Shown piece after piece: positions 22,401 through 30,512 of a stretch of 64,000 nt of DNA (the stretch's first letter is position 1; every line of letters begins with the position of its first letter). Source of the DNA: a bacterium (lineage in GTDB: Bacteria; Electryoneota; JAOADG01); NCBI GenBank assembly GCA_963681965.1, contig OY820579.1, positions 3,360,001 through 3,424,000 on the forward strand. The letters run 5' to 3'. The translations under genes were made by a program, and so were the position numbers. The notes beneath the pieces are model-generated. The model had not been told where the DNA came from and searched no databases. It saw only the letters and a list, made by a program, of their open reading frames with translations.

Positions 22401-22757
22401 TCCCCAGAAAGTACAATATTGAAAGGTCCCATTTGTTACATTCCGTGGATCTGAATCTTTCATCATAATAAATCCACCAGAAGTACCTTCTGCTTGAACA
22501 ACGTTGATTCCATACAGCGAATTACCGATGAATTCAATGCTATAACCATTCATCTGAAGACAGGCGTTATCGAAGAAAGTAATCGTGATTGGCCAGCTAT
22601 CGGTTTCAACGTGAATATTGTGATCCATTTCGATTACCCCATGTACTTCAGGGTAATCGGGCCATGGTAGCGGTTGAGCGAAAACAGATGGGATAAACAA
22701 TAAAACCACCATTAGAAAAAAGAGGAAAATCAAATTGCATTTGTTACACATTCTCAA
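16491..22757 (-). CDS. Giant (2088 aa) secreted parallel beta-helix repeat protein with helical pre-CTD region and T9SS type-A-like CTD
   Basis: Signal peptide ..PSVFAQ; many N-x-x-G-I/V turns; YHLLWNSDAINAG..RDADGTRGDLGAF; VYPNPFNST..KKAVLLK. Confidence 0.85.
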   Translation of the reverse strand: MRMCNKCNLIFLFFLMVVLLFIPSVFAQPLPWPDYPEVHGVIEMDHNIHVETDSWPITITFFDNACLQMNGYSIEFIGNSLYGINVVQAEGTSGGFIMMKDSDPRNVTNGTFQYCTFWGLGANPSTPNAVEEGNAVIKVKMSRSEANPPTTPQLTFNHCTFNSCPSHGISVIQQHPTGTTTLRSINISFLHSYMSGSGADPLFSGFYIRADDGLATDPAFSIGLSCSIEMEQSHIDNFGYGQPVRNEIYSTDRPFGSAIERIGAGTQEIAIRNGDYVSNEVLTMPVIQNCGNGISCRGDKLKASINIQPGNPRATTTFSDLSGSGIWVDAGWIGSLGFAADGITAYNLSLFNTGLDGIRVGTEFVTTTTDYRFLSPGGHEGRMYLEDCSISQIGSLQTGDNDEHFEANGIYCYRGSIECDVVNSRIEYVYSNGIKFYTEVFPAGRPASWWKAPTYSNLSFRRKITDNSVVLDPAVEPTIYPWAVIQQCGYRFTPANPPIYDQNHGIRTGSYPWVNELNQPVFKTFGRLHCYDAAIMQNSGSGVAMRGQGFSYYINPNTGEISHNTYPTENAKYYGSIELNGCATDNNEQHGIHIKGIDNSVFVHSQARIQQTDNFRNLHAFIRNNLGKGILLDTMFVYQPNYAIPNNNRILVGGALDSVPVEIRHNQGGGIIAEEFGDGDLGEFGFYQNGFYVFGGVKIQGILTTNQHEPAEYGFALNSEFADRNQAKILPSGSYIGIELPKHPTQTYSFMGRVQIYDHTRDGVMSKGRGNLFYIEAEISGNYWNGLRFEERPDSNQNREDGAGYHEINMGNCLVDGNGLNGMYVVSRTDCSVNPMFGYSYLIVNVCTFSHNNRLLTNDARAGVWMCQNGGRFEGNGNAFYGTPQRNGLLESGVANDYLIMGGAFYDQLYGFHIDENASDVQLAMDNNFFQSVLYYPATYQGTPSKVNVGPEFYNNSIRGIQVDAQSCENPLPHALYLKLATFRDNPQGGVECNAMLSSMRTRPPIPRFPYWLQLDPMPHTGNSLINNCRFVNNSSTTYPNSANLKLNTSLGYRNLYVSFNEFVGAGYGIQINAPYKTIQNNVIDNPSICGISISEVLASDSKVIQNTVLCNQTGATGLHFERLQPFTGLTTVYGNISVVSPNNPSQPNAYEFNPDNPTGFDFSYCLAWDGTRPWTELVLPRTISPETHRTGNPRVFINSSELLEKYKYHLLWNSDAINAGSVVDPSSRDADGTRGDLGAFSGNFVPSFPDPTNSELLYPPIPNPLISENKRSHWRAGNVLLIADNNPNQVIEITSNLKSGTYQAANSWRVPANASITIEGDFVDYQPQRSNITFSGVVNMIEDAPSCFEGVNGYRMAVVNPGIHRFTGGQWGKNVYQHDRLNRYGGREGERLTYAAFEPSNWQTMIFDGNGNLAQLPIVHLLVEKITSGVSILGPTNQLGYGLSFNDVEIIPENWLRIPNEDYGYALHIRNREAAFNGLVIHQYQNSEPVPFFGIWMSENTNREPPWQDTKVSISNLTFNYQFNNYNRYIYCQNLLSCVQGNPNPLPNDDRNSFILSNAQITPREGHSPQIDPRMGWVSNSGIRIENSTFMMDNVEIQGIEQGNALELSQIANLYPLCNTISNSTFARSTTTDENGSRTHDGNGVVCYSNSYPTFIQCQIYRNASYGLFSQMGSHPAFVNTSLQNLGSEVYDNFENAENGRELLKAQVFHAATLSTEAAPMFDNNSIYTTFNEVRENPLIRRMNYSDDNPTASFYNAVFWNQLDPNTPPMMDPRSDTTNLHKRMYYVRDVDESRAMLPEPPDPNTHDRTMYSNPLPCIPGSGFYGYRTIDGIGKLQNGDYPGAAQCFYDAIYNEELPLHIRSHSVPLYFVANKYRGISYKDNLAIQETMEKDFSGTDMFPAVRNYGPLLCLLNDDPDKAMEKYEQFRIAPLSLEDSLSAIYALAILDPVMGPESELFSVTSELAAMSRHVNRVDEVMHTINEARRTQSQPPSEGHLVTIPATFALNSVYPNPFNSTLHIRFDVPKNDRVSIILYDAQGRQAEVLHEGNLTAGSHEISWHADRMASGVYFVSMKAPGFVATKKAVLLK

Positions 22758-23502
22758 TCTCCTTTATTGTTCTCGGTTCGAGAATTGAAAAAATGAATTT
22801 CTGATTGAATTGTTCAGTTGTAAAGGTGAGTAGCTAAAAAAATCGTTTCCAGATTAGTTCGATTGTATTGATTCGCTCTATAGAAATAATATTATGATTC
22901 GAAGTTGAACATTAAGCCCAATTTCGAGAATCACAATAAAGTTAGTAACAAAAAATAAATTACTTAGACTATCAAGACGTAGTGAGTCTGCAAATTGATA
23001 GCTAAAGGCTTGATGATGGGAAATGGATTATTAACCCAACAATAATGATCGATGCAATTCTCAATAAAACGAACCGTATTTCTGAGTATTCGCACTTATC
23101 TTGCTGGATTCATTAATCCTTATCTCGCCGATCCTCATTTATTTTAAGCTGAAATGTAGGAGATCAAATCGACTTTTATAAGTCGTAGTATCGGTCGAAA
23201 ACTTACTCATTGAGCATTAAATATTATTGTCATGTGAAAGGTAGCAATTCACGTTTATCTATGCAATGAGTTATCAATTAAGACAAATGATTAATTAATT
23301 TTTGTTTAATATCTTATATCAACGTATTATATTTCAATACAAGTATATTTTTATTTAGTTGACAATAAGACTTATTATCGCAACTCCAACCATTCTACAG
23401 ACGTCAACAGGTAACATTTCAATGATTAACCTGAGGTGAACAATCGTCGGATGAAAATAAATTTGCGTAGAAACAATCGAGATCTATGTGAACGGTTCAC
23501 TT

Positions 23503-23736
23503 TCATATTCGTCGATCGCTGAGTTGATGCAACCGAAAGTACAACTCGTCGGAAAGCATCTCCTCATTTTGGATAAACGCATCATCAAGAACTTTGTTGG
23601 TCTTATCGAAAAGGTCTAAGTGACGGGTCTCTGGGAACCGATCGAAGAATCTAGTGAGTAGCTCTTGGGAAATCCCTGACAGGAAACGCTGACTACGAAC
23701 GGACTGACGGATCTGGACATTGCAAAATCTCATCAT
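23503..23736 (-). pseudogene. Remnant of hypothetical gene, paralog of 16023-16385
   Basis: QRFLSGISQELLTRFFDRFPETRHLDL...LSDELYFRLHQLSD aligns with the 16 kb remnant. Confidence 0.55.
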
Positions 23737-23895
23737 AAGTAATGAATAACTACCGCATGAAGATTAACTAAGATTAAATAATTATTATATAATATAAATG
23801 CTTATGCAAAATTATACACATAAGTATTAATGGTAATAATAATATGATTGTTAACAGTTTTTGGAACACAGTCACTGTCGATAAAAGATAAAACG

Positions 23896-23924
23896 ACCGC
23901 CCCACATTCCTGTGAGGCGGTTTT
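23896..23924 (-). terminator. Terminator-like hairpin of the ACCGCC..GGCGGT family
   Basis: accgccccacattcctgtgaggcggtttt, downstream of a decayed CTD fragment. Confidence 0.6.
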
Positions 23925-23937
23925 AACTAGAGCTGTA

Positions 23938-24362
23938 ATTACTTTACATCTTACTTCGTGGCGACAAATCCTGGTTACTTCATCGTGATGAAATAAATAC
24001 CGTTACTAACCTTCATACCGCTGGAGTTATTGCCATCCCAGGTGATGCGATAGCTGCCGGTAGTAAAGTCCTTATCGGTGAGTGTCTTCACCAACCGACC
24101 TAACGCATCGTATACCGATACCACTAGCATTCCGAAGTTGAATCAAGCGTTGTGACGACCGCAAGTCAACTGGTAGAGCTTTCCTTGGAAAATCCCAACA
24201 AAAGCATTTTGATGCCTTGAAAACGGCAATGCTCGTCGTGATCGACCGAACTTCGAAGGGTCTCCTCGATGTCGTCTAAAGTCCCGTTCTCGGGATTCGG
24301 AAATAGTGAGCGCATGACATAAGATAATAAAACATGCTACTAGATTTATGAGAACCGGTATA
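23938..24362 (-). mobile_element. Second copy of the T9SS-CTD fragment + truncated IS630 chimera
   Basis: Colinear with 8862-9303, including the junction gcatcgtataccgataccactagcattcc; TIR-like end ..gagaaccggtata. Confidence 0.85.
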
Positions 24363-24543
24363 ATTGTTCAGTTCTTCGAGAATTTTCGCGACTCGACAAC
24401 TTGATTGATCGAAATTGCTGCATCCTTTCATCAATGTACCGAGCAGATAGTATCAGGTGTCAGTTGTGTAACAAAACACACTCATGGTTTCTTCGAATCG
24501 GACAAAAGCGATATTTTTGAATCAGTATTATTTGGGCACAAAG

Positions 24544-24574
24544 AAACCGCCTCACTTATTGATGAGGCGGTTTT
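24544..24574 (-). terminator. Terminator for the hydrogenase-MCP operon
   Basis: aaaccgcctca-cttattga-tgaggcggttt, about 110 nt after the MCP stop. Confidence 0.65.
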
Positions 24575-24686
24575 AATAATTTTTATAAGTGATTCTTTGA
24601 ACTGTGTCGATCTGATCAATGAAAAACCGGAAATGCCGATTCGGCAAAGAACCGAATATTTTTAGATCATCGTCGTATTCAAGATG

Positions 24687-26357
24687 CTAGTGATTATTAC
24701 GCTCTAACGTAAATTGTTCGACGGCTTTAGATAATACTACCGTTTCATTTGCCAATTTCGCTGCTGCAGTAGCAGATTTTTCCGTTATTTGTGAATAGCT
24801 CTCGGATAATTGCGTCGCTTCGGCAACCACTTCTCTAATACTATTCACATCTGAAACTTGCTCTTGGCTTGCATTCGAAATCCAATCGATTAATTTACTG
24901 ACTTGATTAACCGATTCGACGATTTCGATCAATGCACGATAAACGGCATTGGTTAGTTCCTCACCCTCTTTTACTCGCTGAATGGAACTCTGAATCAGCG
25001 TATCCGTTTTCGCCGACGAACCGTGCGATTGTTCAGCGAGATTCTGAATATTCTTCGTTAATTCCTCGAAGCCGACACCTGCCGAATCTACGTGTGCCGC
25101 TTCGACAGCGGCGTTGATCGCAAGGAAATTGGATTCAAAAGCAATTTTATTCATTTCCTTAGTTAGTGTAACGATCGAATCTTGACTGATTGTATTGCTA
25201 GAAGTCGATGTTGTCGAAGATGTTGAAAAATCGTCTTCGATTAAATTCGCCAGTTCCTTACATCGTAACGATAATTTTCGAACTTCTCCTGCAACGACAG
25301 CAAAACCGCGAGCAGAGGCACCTACTTTTCCCGCTTCAGTAGAGGCATTCTTGGTCAATGAATCAGTCTGAGCTGTCACCGAATTGATTTCCTGCAAAAT
25401 GACTTTCGTACCCTCTGATGTCTTTAAAATATCGGTCATCGCTTTGCGTAACGAATTCATTGCTTCGTTACCCTTGTCAACCGAAGCTTTGGCTTGGTTG
25501 GAGATTTGCTTGCTTTGAAGTGCGCTTTCCGAAGTCTGCTTTGTTCTAGTGCTAATTTGTGCAAGATTATCCGAAGAAGATCGTAAGAGATTCGATTGTT
25601 GAATAGCGCCGAACATTACTTCTTGATTTGACGCAGTAATCTGTTCACCGACCATCGAAACGTTGACGACAGCAGATGCAACTTGCGAAAATGCCGAATG
25701 CAATGCAGTTAGCGACTTATTGAGAGCCTTCTTGATCTGAGCATGTTCGCCGCGGTATTTTCCATTCATCCGAATAGTCAGGTCGTAATCGGAAAGCTTG
25801 TTAAGCACATTATTGGCTTCTCGAACCGGATCGATCGTAGCGTCCAGGATTTCATTAATCCCCATGATCAGATCTTTCCAATTGCCATCGTAATCCCAGT
25901 CGTTGCCTCGGGTTTGCAATTTTCCTTCTTTGACGGCACGAATCAAATTTTGCATTTCGTGATGCATTCCGTATAGCACCGCTAAAAAGGTATTCAGGTT
26001 TCGTTTGATATCGTTATATTCACCGACGTATTCGTCGACGATAAAATCGGGAATCTTCCCGTGTGCAATTTGTTCAATTTGATTTGCCGTTAATCGTAAC
26101 GGATTGACCAGCGAATCCAGCATCGAATTAACGGCTGTAATCAATTGTGCCGAAGTTCCGGAAAATTGATCGGGATCGCCTCGTTCGCTTAGTATGCCGT
26201 TATTCATAGCCTCAGTCAAGCGGATAATCTCTTTAACGGCAAGGTCAACTTCGGAATGATTTTGGGTCAAATCTGATTTTCGATCGTTGTCTTTTTTAAC
26301 GGAAACAACCGAAGATTTTGATTTTGACGCTTTGACAGAGGGCATTTTACCGTTCAT
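24687..26357 (-). CDS. Soluble methyl-accepting chemotaxis protein (poly-HAMP, atypical duplicated signalling tip)
   Basis: No TM helices; HAMP-like repeats; GFAVVAGEVRKL and IAFESNFLAINAAVEAA motifs. Start taken as ATG 26357. Confidence 0.85.
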   Translation of the reverse strand: MNGKMPSVKASKSKSSVVSVKKDNDRKSDLTQNHSEVDLAVKEIIRLTEAMNNGILSERGDPDQFSGTSAQLITAVNSMLDSLVNPLRLTANQIEQIAHGKIPDFIVDEYVGEYNDIKRNLNTFLAVLYGMHHEMQNLIRAVKEGKLQTRGNDWDYDGNWKDLIMGINEILDATIDPVREANNVLNKLSDYDLTIRMNGKYRGEHAQIKKALNKSLTALHSAFSQVASAVVNVSMVGEQITASNQEVMFGAIQQSNLLRSSSDNLAQISTRTKQTSESALQSKQISNQAKASVDKGNEAMNSLRKAMTDILKTSEGTKVILQEINSVTAQTDSLTKNASTEAGKVGASARGFAVVAGEVRKLSLRCKELANLIEDDFSTSSTTSTSSNTISQDSIVTLTKEMNKIAFESNFLAINAAVEAAHVDSAGVGFEELTKNIQNLAEQSHGSSAKTDTLIQSSIQRVKEGEELTNAVYRALIEIVESVNQVSKLIDWISNASQEQVSDVNSIREVVAEATQLSESYSQITEKSATAAAKLANETVVLSKAVEQFTLERNNH

Positions 26358-26405
26358 TTTATTCTCGCTTGAAAATGTGAATAGGCAAATAGTAGTAATC
26401 AATCG

Positions 26406-26933
26406 TTACGATAGTTCACTCAATTCAATCAGATTACTCTGTTTGAGAATTCGAATTACAGTATCCATTGTCGGTTGAATTGCATCGACGACACATTCAT
26501 GCATTTCGGATCCCAATTCATCGAAGTTGCGCCCTTCAACCCCGATAAAAATCGTTCGATTCGGTTTTGTTTCGGGCGCGAGTGACGAAGCAATATCCAA
26601 CGCTTCTTTCAGACCAATTCCGTGGATTGATACGGCTGCATCGGACCGAAAAGGCAGATCGTCACCCTCTAGGATCGAAATTGTACCTGGTGCGTTACCG
26701 AACCGAACTGCATCGATAACAATCAATAAATCTTGCCCGGTTAGCAAATCGATCAATTCAAAACCGCCAACACTGAGAAATAACAATTGTACCGATGATG
26801 GTAACGACCGACCGATTAGTTTCCGGTAGATATGCCAACCGACAGCATCGTCGCCAACCAGTTCATTCCCAATGCATACTATCAGGACATTGTTAGACAA
26901 TGGTCTCACCGAATTTTCATGTGAGTGCGGCAT
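26406..26933 (-). CDS. Hydrogenase maturation endopeptidase (HycI/HyaD family); true start may be slightly downstream
   Basis: IGNELVGDDAVG, VIDAV, SIHGIGL motifs. Confidence 0.92.
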   Translation of the reverse strand: MPHSHENSVRPLSNNVLIVCIGNELVGDDAVGWHIYRKLIGRSLPSSVQLLFLSVGGFELIDLLTGQDLLIVIDAVRFGNAPGTISILEGDDLPFRSDAAVSIHGIGLKEALDIASSLAPETKPNRTIFIGVEGRNFDELGSEMHECVVDAIQPTMDTVIRILKQSNLIELSELS

Positions 26934-27364
26934 TTCTTGGCATCTGGTTCAACGTCGGATTTTACCGGTCGAAAAGTCAACTCATTGACAATACCGTCTA
27001 AATAACTGTGAAATAATTTACACAACGGTCCGCCAATCGGAAGATTCCGGTTTTCACAAACAGCCCGAATGGCACACCGTTCAATTCGCATCTCGATATT
27101 GTGGTCTTGACAAACGTAAGCGAGGTCGAAACCGTGTTTGAAGTATTCGGAAACCGATTGCATCACATTTTCGGCGTTCGGATCTGCCAGATAGATCGGG
27201 ATTTTCTTCGCCATCTCGCGACCGGTAATTCGACCGACCGAACCGGTTGCACCACCCATTAAATCGTCGATCGTATCGGAAAATATGTCCAGCAAAAAAG
27301 ACAATTCTGCGAACGCATTTTCGTGATCGACCATCGTGAGATCTTTTTCTGTTCCGGCGTTCAT
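26906..27364 (-). CDS. V4R-like small-ligand-binding protein
   Basis: GSVGRITGREMA, ERCAIRAVC, LCKLFHSYLDG and a terminal Cys match the V4R Cys pattern. Confidence 0.7.
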   Translation of the reverse strand: MNAGTEKDLTMVDHENAFAELSFLLDIFSDTIDDLMGGATGSVGRITGREMAKKIPIYLADPNAENVMQSVSEYFKHGFDLAYVCQDHNIEMRIERCAIRAVCENRNLPIGGPLCKLFHSYLDGIVNELTFRPVKSDVEPDAKKCRTHMKIR

Positions 27365-27612
27365 AGAAATTTTCCTATCCGGTCGGTAAATTCACGATCG
27401 CGGTAAAAGTTCTTAGTGATATGGTATTCGAAATGCGTGATAGCATGAGACGGGCAAAGATAAGAGCAACTTAAACAGGCAATGCAGTCCTCGACTGTTT
27501 TCACACTGGCTTTCATCGTCATGTCATCGAATGCGAATACATCCGTTGGACAAATATCGACACACATCTGACACCCACGACATGCTTTGTCGTGAATTTC
27601 AATTCGCAGCAT
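27361..27612 (-). CDS. 2x[4Fe-4S] ferredoxin
   Basis: CRGCQMCVDICP and CIACLSCSYLCP. Confidence 0.92.
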   Translation of the reverse strand: MLRIEIHDKACRGCQMCVDICPTDVFAFDDMTMKASVKTVEDCIACLSCSYLCPSHAITHFEYHITKNFYRDREFTDRIGKFL

Positions 27613-29029
27613 CGACTACCCTCCCGATTTGTCGAATCGTTTCGCCATTTCGACGAATATCGATCGTTAACGGCATTTTTCCAGCAGCATGAGTAGCACA
27701 TGAGAGACAGGGATCGTAGCACCGAATGGCAAACTCTACCGCATTTAGTATTTCTTTGTCATTTTTTCTTAAGACATGCGAAGTCGCTGCCTGCATAATA
27801 CCACGATTGATTGCGGTGTAATTCTGTTGGGTCGCAACGATAAGATTTGCCGATCGTACGATACCGTCTTCGTCGATTTCATAATCGTGAATCAAGGTAC
27901 CACGTGCCGCTTCGACATGACCGACACCGCGACTGCCACGGAATTTCACCGGGATCCGGGTTTCACCCCAGATTGCCGAATTGTCGACAAGGCGTCGCGC
28001 GTTTTCACAGACATAAATTAATTCGATAGCTCGGGCATAAATATGCATGATCGAGCAGTGACAGGGATGACCGAATTCCGCCCGAAAATCAAGCATTTCT
28101 TTGTTCGCGAGCGGGGTGTCGATCGAATCGATACTATTAATTCTACTCAACGTACCAACGCGGTAAGATTGCTGTTCGCTACCATTCAGAACAAACATGG
28201 GTTTCATGTAAGACCAATCCAGTGCCGTTTCTGCGATGTATTGGCAGTAATCCTTGGCAGCATATTCGTGTTTTGTAACCCCTTTATCATCAATGATGCG
28301 TAACTTCCCGTCATATAAATTCATGCGACCATCTTGAACTGTCCCCATATACCAACAGGGAATATTCCAAGTGGCAAGAATTTCTGGATTCGCCTCCATT
28401 AGTTTTCGGAAGAGCGATTTAATCACGGGAAGAAGCTCACAAGCTAACTTGAGTGCTTCGTCGGTCCATTCGACCAACGTCTTGTGTTTTTCATGATCGA
28501 GAGTAAATGAAATTCCTCCAGCAACCGACGTTACTGGGTGAATACCGCGACCACCGATCATTTCGTTGATTTTTTGACCGAGTGTTCGAAGTCGGAGTGC
28601 TTTTTTAGCGATCTCCGGTACGGCATTCACTACCCCGACTATATTTCGGGTTGCCGGATCGGAATCTAATCCCATCACCAAATCGGGACCTGACAAGACA
28701 AACAGCGATAAAACATGGGAATGAATGATGTGACCCATATATAACAGTTCACGGAGAATTTTCGCAGCGGGTGGCGGAGTGACGCCAGCGGCTTCATCAA
28801 GCGCTTTGGAAGCTGCTAGGTGATGTGCAGATGGGCAAACACCGCAAATTCTGGCAGTGATCAAAGGAACACGATCGGCTTCGACACCGACGAGGATCCG
28901 CTCAAAGCCACGCAGCTCGTTTACAACCAAGCCACCATTGATTAATTTTCCATCGTCGTCAATATCGAGAAATACCTGAGCATGACCCTCGATGCGAGTC
29001 ACTGGATCAATTGCTATTGTCCTACTCAC
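27599..29029 (-). CDS. [NiFe] hydrogenase large subunit, group 3 (MvhA/group 3c-like)
   Basis: PVTRIEGH, L1 RICGVCPSAH, L2 DPCLSCATH plus cleavable C-terminal tail; GTG start overlaps the small-subunit TGA; GAGGAG RBS. Confidence 0.93.
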   Translation of the reverse strand: MSRTIAIDPVTRIEGHAQVFLDIDDDGKLINGGLVVNELRGFERILVGVEADRVPLITARICGVCPSAHHLAASKALDEAAGVTPPPAAKILRELLYMGHIIHSHVLSLFVLSGPDLVMGLDSDPATRNIVGVVNAVPEIAKKALRLRTLGQKINEMIGGRGIHPVTSVAGGISFTLDHEKHKTLVEWTDEALKLACELLPVIKSLFRKLMEANPEILATWNIPCWYMGTVQDGRMNLYDGKLRIIDDKGVTKHEYAAKDYCQYIAETALDWSYMKPMFVLNGSEQQSYRVGTLSRINSIDSIDTPLANKEMLDFRAEFGHPCHCSIMHIYARAIELIYVCENARRLVDNSAIWGETRIPVKFRGSRGVGHVEAARGTLIHDYEIDEDGIVRSANLIVATQQNYTAINRGIMQAATSHVLRKNDKEILNAVEFAIRCYDPCLSCATHAAGKMPLTIDIRRNGETIRQIGRVVDAAN

Positions 29030-29964
29030 AGTTTCTCCTCTTCTACTTCTTCGATCCATTTCTTGATCAGAAAGGTCGGTTTTTGTCCGATCATTTTCGA
29101 AGCCATAGCATAGGCATAATGCGATTTTGCTTGACGTTCGATCGTTCGTTTGATATCTGTATCGGGAATCTTAGTCAACCGGCTCATTCGATCTGCCAAC
29201 TCGGTTCTGATGTCGCGATTCGGTTCGGTTAGCACTTGCATCGTCGGTCCAGCGCATCCGGTACAGGTTACGCCGTTGATGGGACAAGGAGCTAAGCAGC
29301 GATCCAAAGTAATCGAACCGAGACATAAATATCCTTGGCTCAATAAACAAGTCTCTTTTTCCGGTATCCCATCGTGATTTTGTTTCAATTTCGATACGTC
29401 GGTTTTCTTCATCGTCCGTTCACAACTCGCACAAACCGATTCATCTTTCGCCTTAGGCGCTCGATCGTTCACCAGAGCTAGTAGCGCATCGAAGATAAAC
29501 GCGGCGTGTGGCGGACAACCCGGTAAATACAGATCGACCGGTATTACTTCGTCTAGCGGTGTTACCAGTTTCTCAAGTTTGGAGACTTTCGACATCGGCG
29601 ATGTGTGGGTTACCGTGGTTTTATTCTCTACGTATACGGTATTCAAAATATCTTCGCGAGAATAAACAATGCTTGCGCCGGGAATTCCACCGTAAGCAGC
29701 ACAGGTTCCGAATGCTACGATCTTCTTGCAGCTTTTACGCATTTCGATCGCGGCATGACGATCATGCTCGCTACGGATAGCTCCCGAAACTAATCCCAAG
29801 TCGGCGGGAGGATAATCTTTGATATCCGTTAAAACGGGACAGTGTTGAATCTCGGCAACGCCCAGGATATCCAGAATCTTTTCATGTAAATCGACGATAC
29901 CGACATGACATCCGCCACAATCGCTCAACCATTCAATGTTGATTTTAATTTTTTGAGCGCTCAT
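29026..29964 (-). CDS. [NiFe] hydrogenase small subunit (MvhG-like)
   Basis: WLSDCGGCH, FGTCA, PGCPP, distal CASC..CLLSQGYLCLG..C..CP..CTGC. Confidence 0.93.
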   Translation of the reverse strand: MSAQKIKINIEWLSDCGGCHVGIVDLHEKILDILGVAEIQHCPVLTDIKDYPPADLGLVSGAIRSEHDRHAAIEMRKSCKKIVAFGTCAAYGGIPGASIVYSREDILNTVYVENKTTVTHTSPMSKVSKLEKLVTPLDEVIPVDLYLPGCPPHAAFIFDALLALVNDRAPKAKDESVCASCERTMKKTDVSKLKQNHDGIPEKETCLLSQGYLCLGSITLDRCLAPCPINGVTCTGCAGPTMQVLTEPNRDIRTELADRMSRLTKIPDTDIKRTIERQAKSHYAYAMASKMIGQKPTFLIKKWIEEVEEEKL

Positions 29965-29990
29965 TTGTCGTCTACTCCAGTATAAGTCAA

Positions 29991-30512
29991 TTATGATTGC
30001 ATTGGTTGGGAACCGTTTTTAGTAGTGTCAACAGTAACTCGTTTATAACACGCATTCTCACCAGCGTGAATAATCTCCAAGGTCGATAGATGACCGGTGA
30101 TCGATTCCAATGCTGCTGAAATAAACCCGTTTGAGATATGACACAGCGAGCCTTTTTGCGGGTGACCGTATCGGAACAGTGCTTGTCTAATCATACAATC
30201 GCGAAAGACCAGCATCACTTCGTAACCATTCTCTTTAACGACTTTGAGTTCGGGTTGAGTAGAAGGTTTAAAACACTCGATGTGCCACATACATTTATTG
30301 GCTATGAGTAACTCATTGACTTCGAGCAACGCATCTTGGATATCGTCGGTGTGCTTCGCATTTTGCGATAAGTTCTGACCTAATTTCTCGCCTGCTTTAT
30401 AACAGATACTGGTTGCGGTTTCGCCTAACGTTTCCTCCATCCCACATGCTAAGGCACCGAGAAAATTCATCGTTTCTTGAACTAGTTGTCGCTGAGTTTC
30501 CAGGTTATCCAT
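29991..30512 (-). CDS. V4R-domain protein
   Basis: AGEKLG, FRDCMIRQ, LCHISNGFISAALE, HAGENACY; GAGGTG RBS before ATG 30512. Confidence 0.75.
   Translation of the reverse strand: MDNLETQRQLVQETMNFLGALACGMEETLGETATSICYKAGEKLGQNLSQNAKHTDDIQDALLEVNELLIANKCMWHIECFKPSTQPELKVVKENGYEVMLVFRDCMIRQALFRYGHPQKGSLCHISNGFISAALESITGHLSTLEIIHAGENACYKRVTVDTTKNGSQPMQS

Noticed and set aside
22760-23500. ncRNA or gene in the long AT-rich intergenic region
   Set aside because: No ORF, stable structure or repeat that I could support by eye.
27690-27730. Selenocysteine (NiFeSe) hydrogenase
   Set aside because: The L2 motif is DPCLSC with Cys codons; no in-frame TGA.
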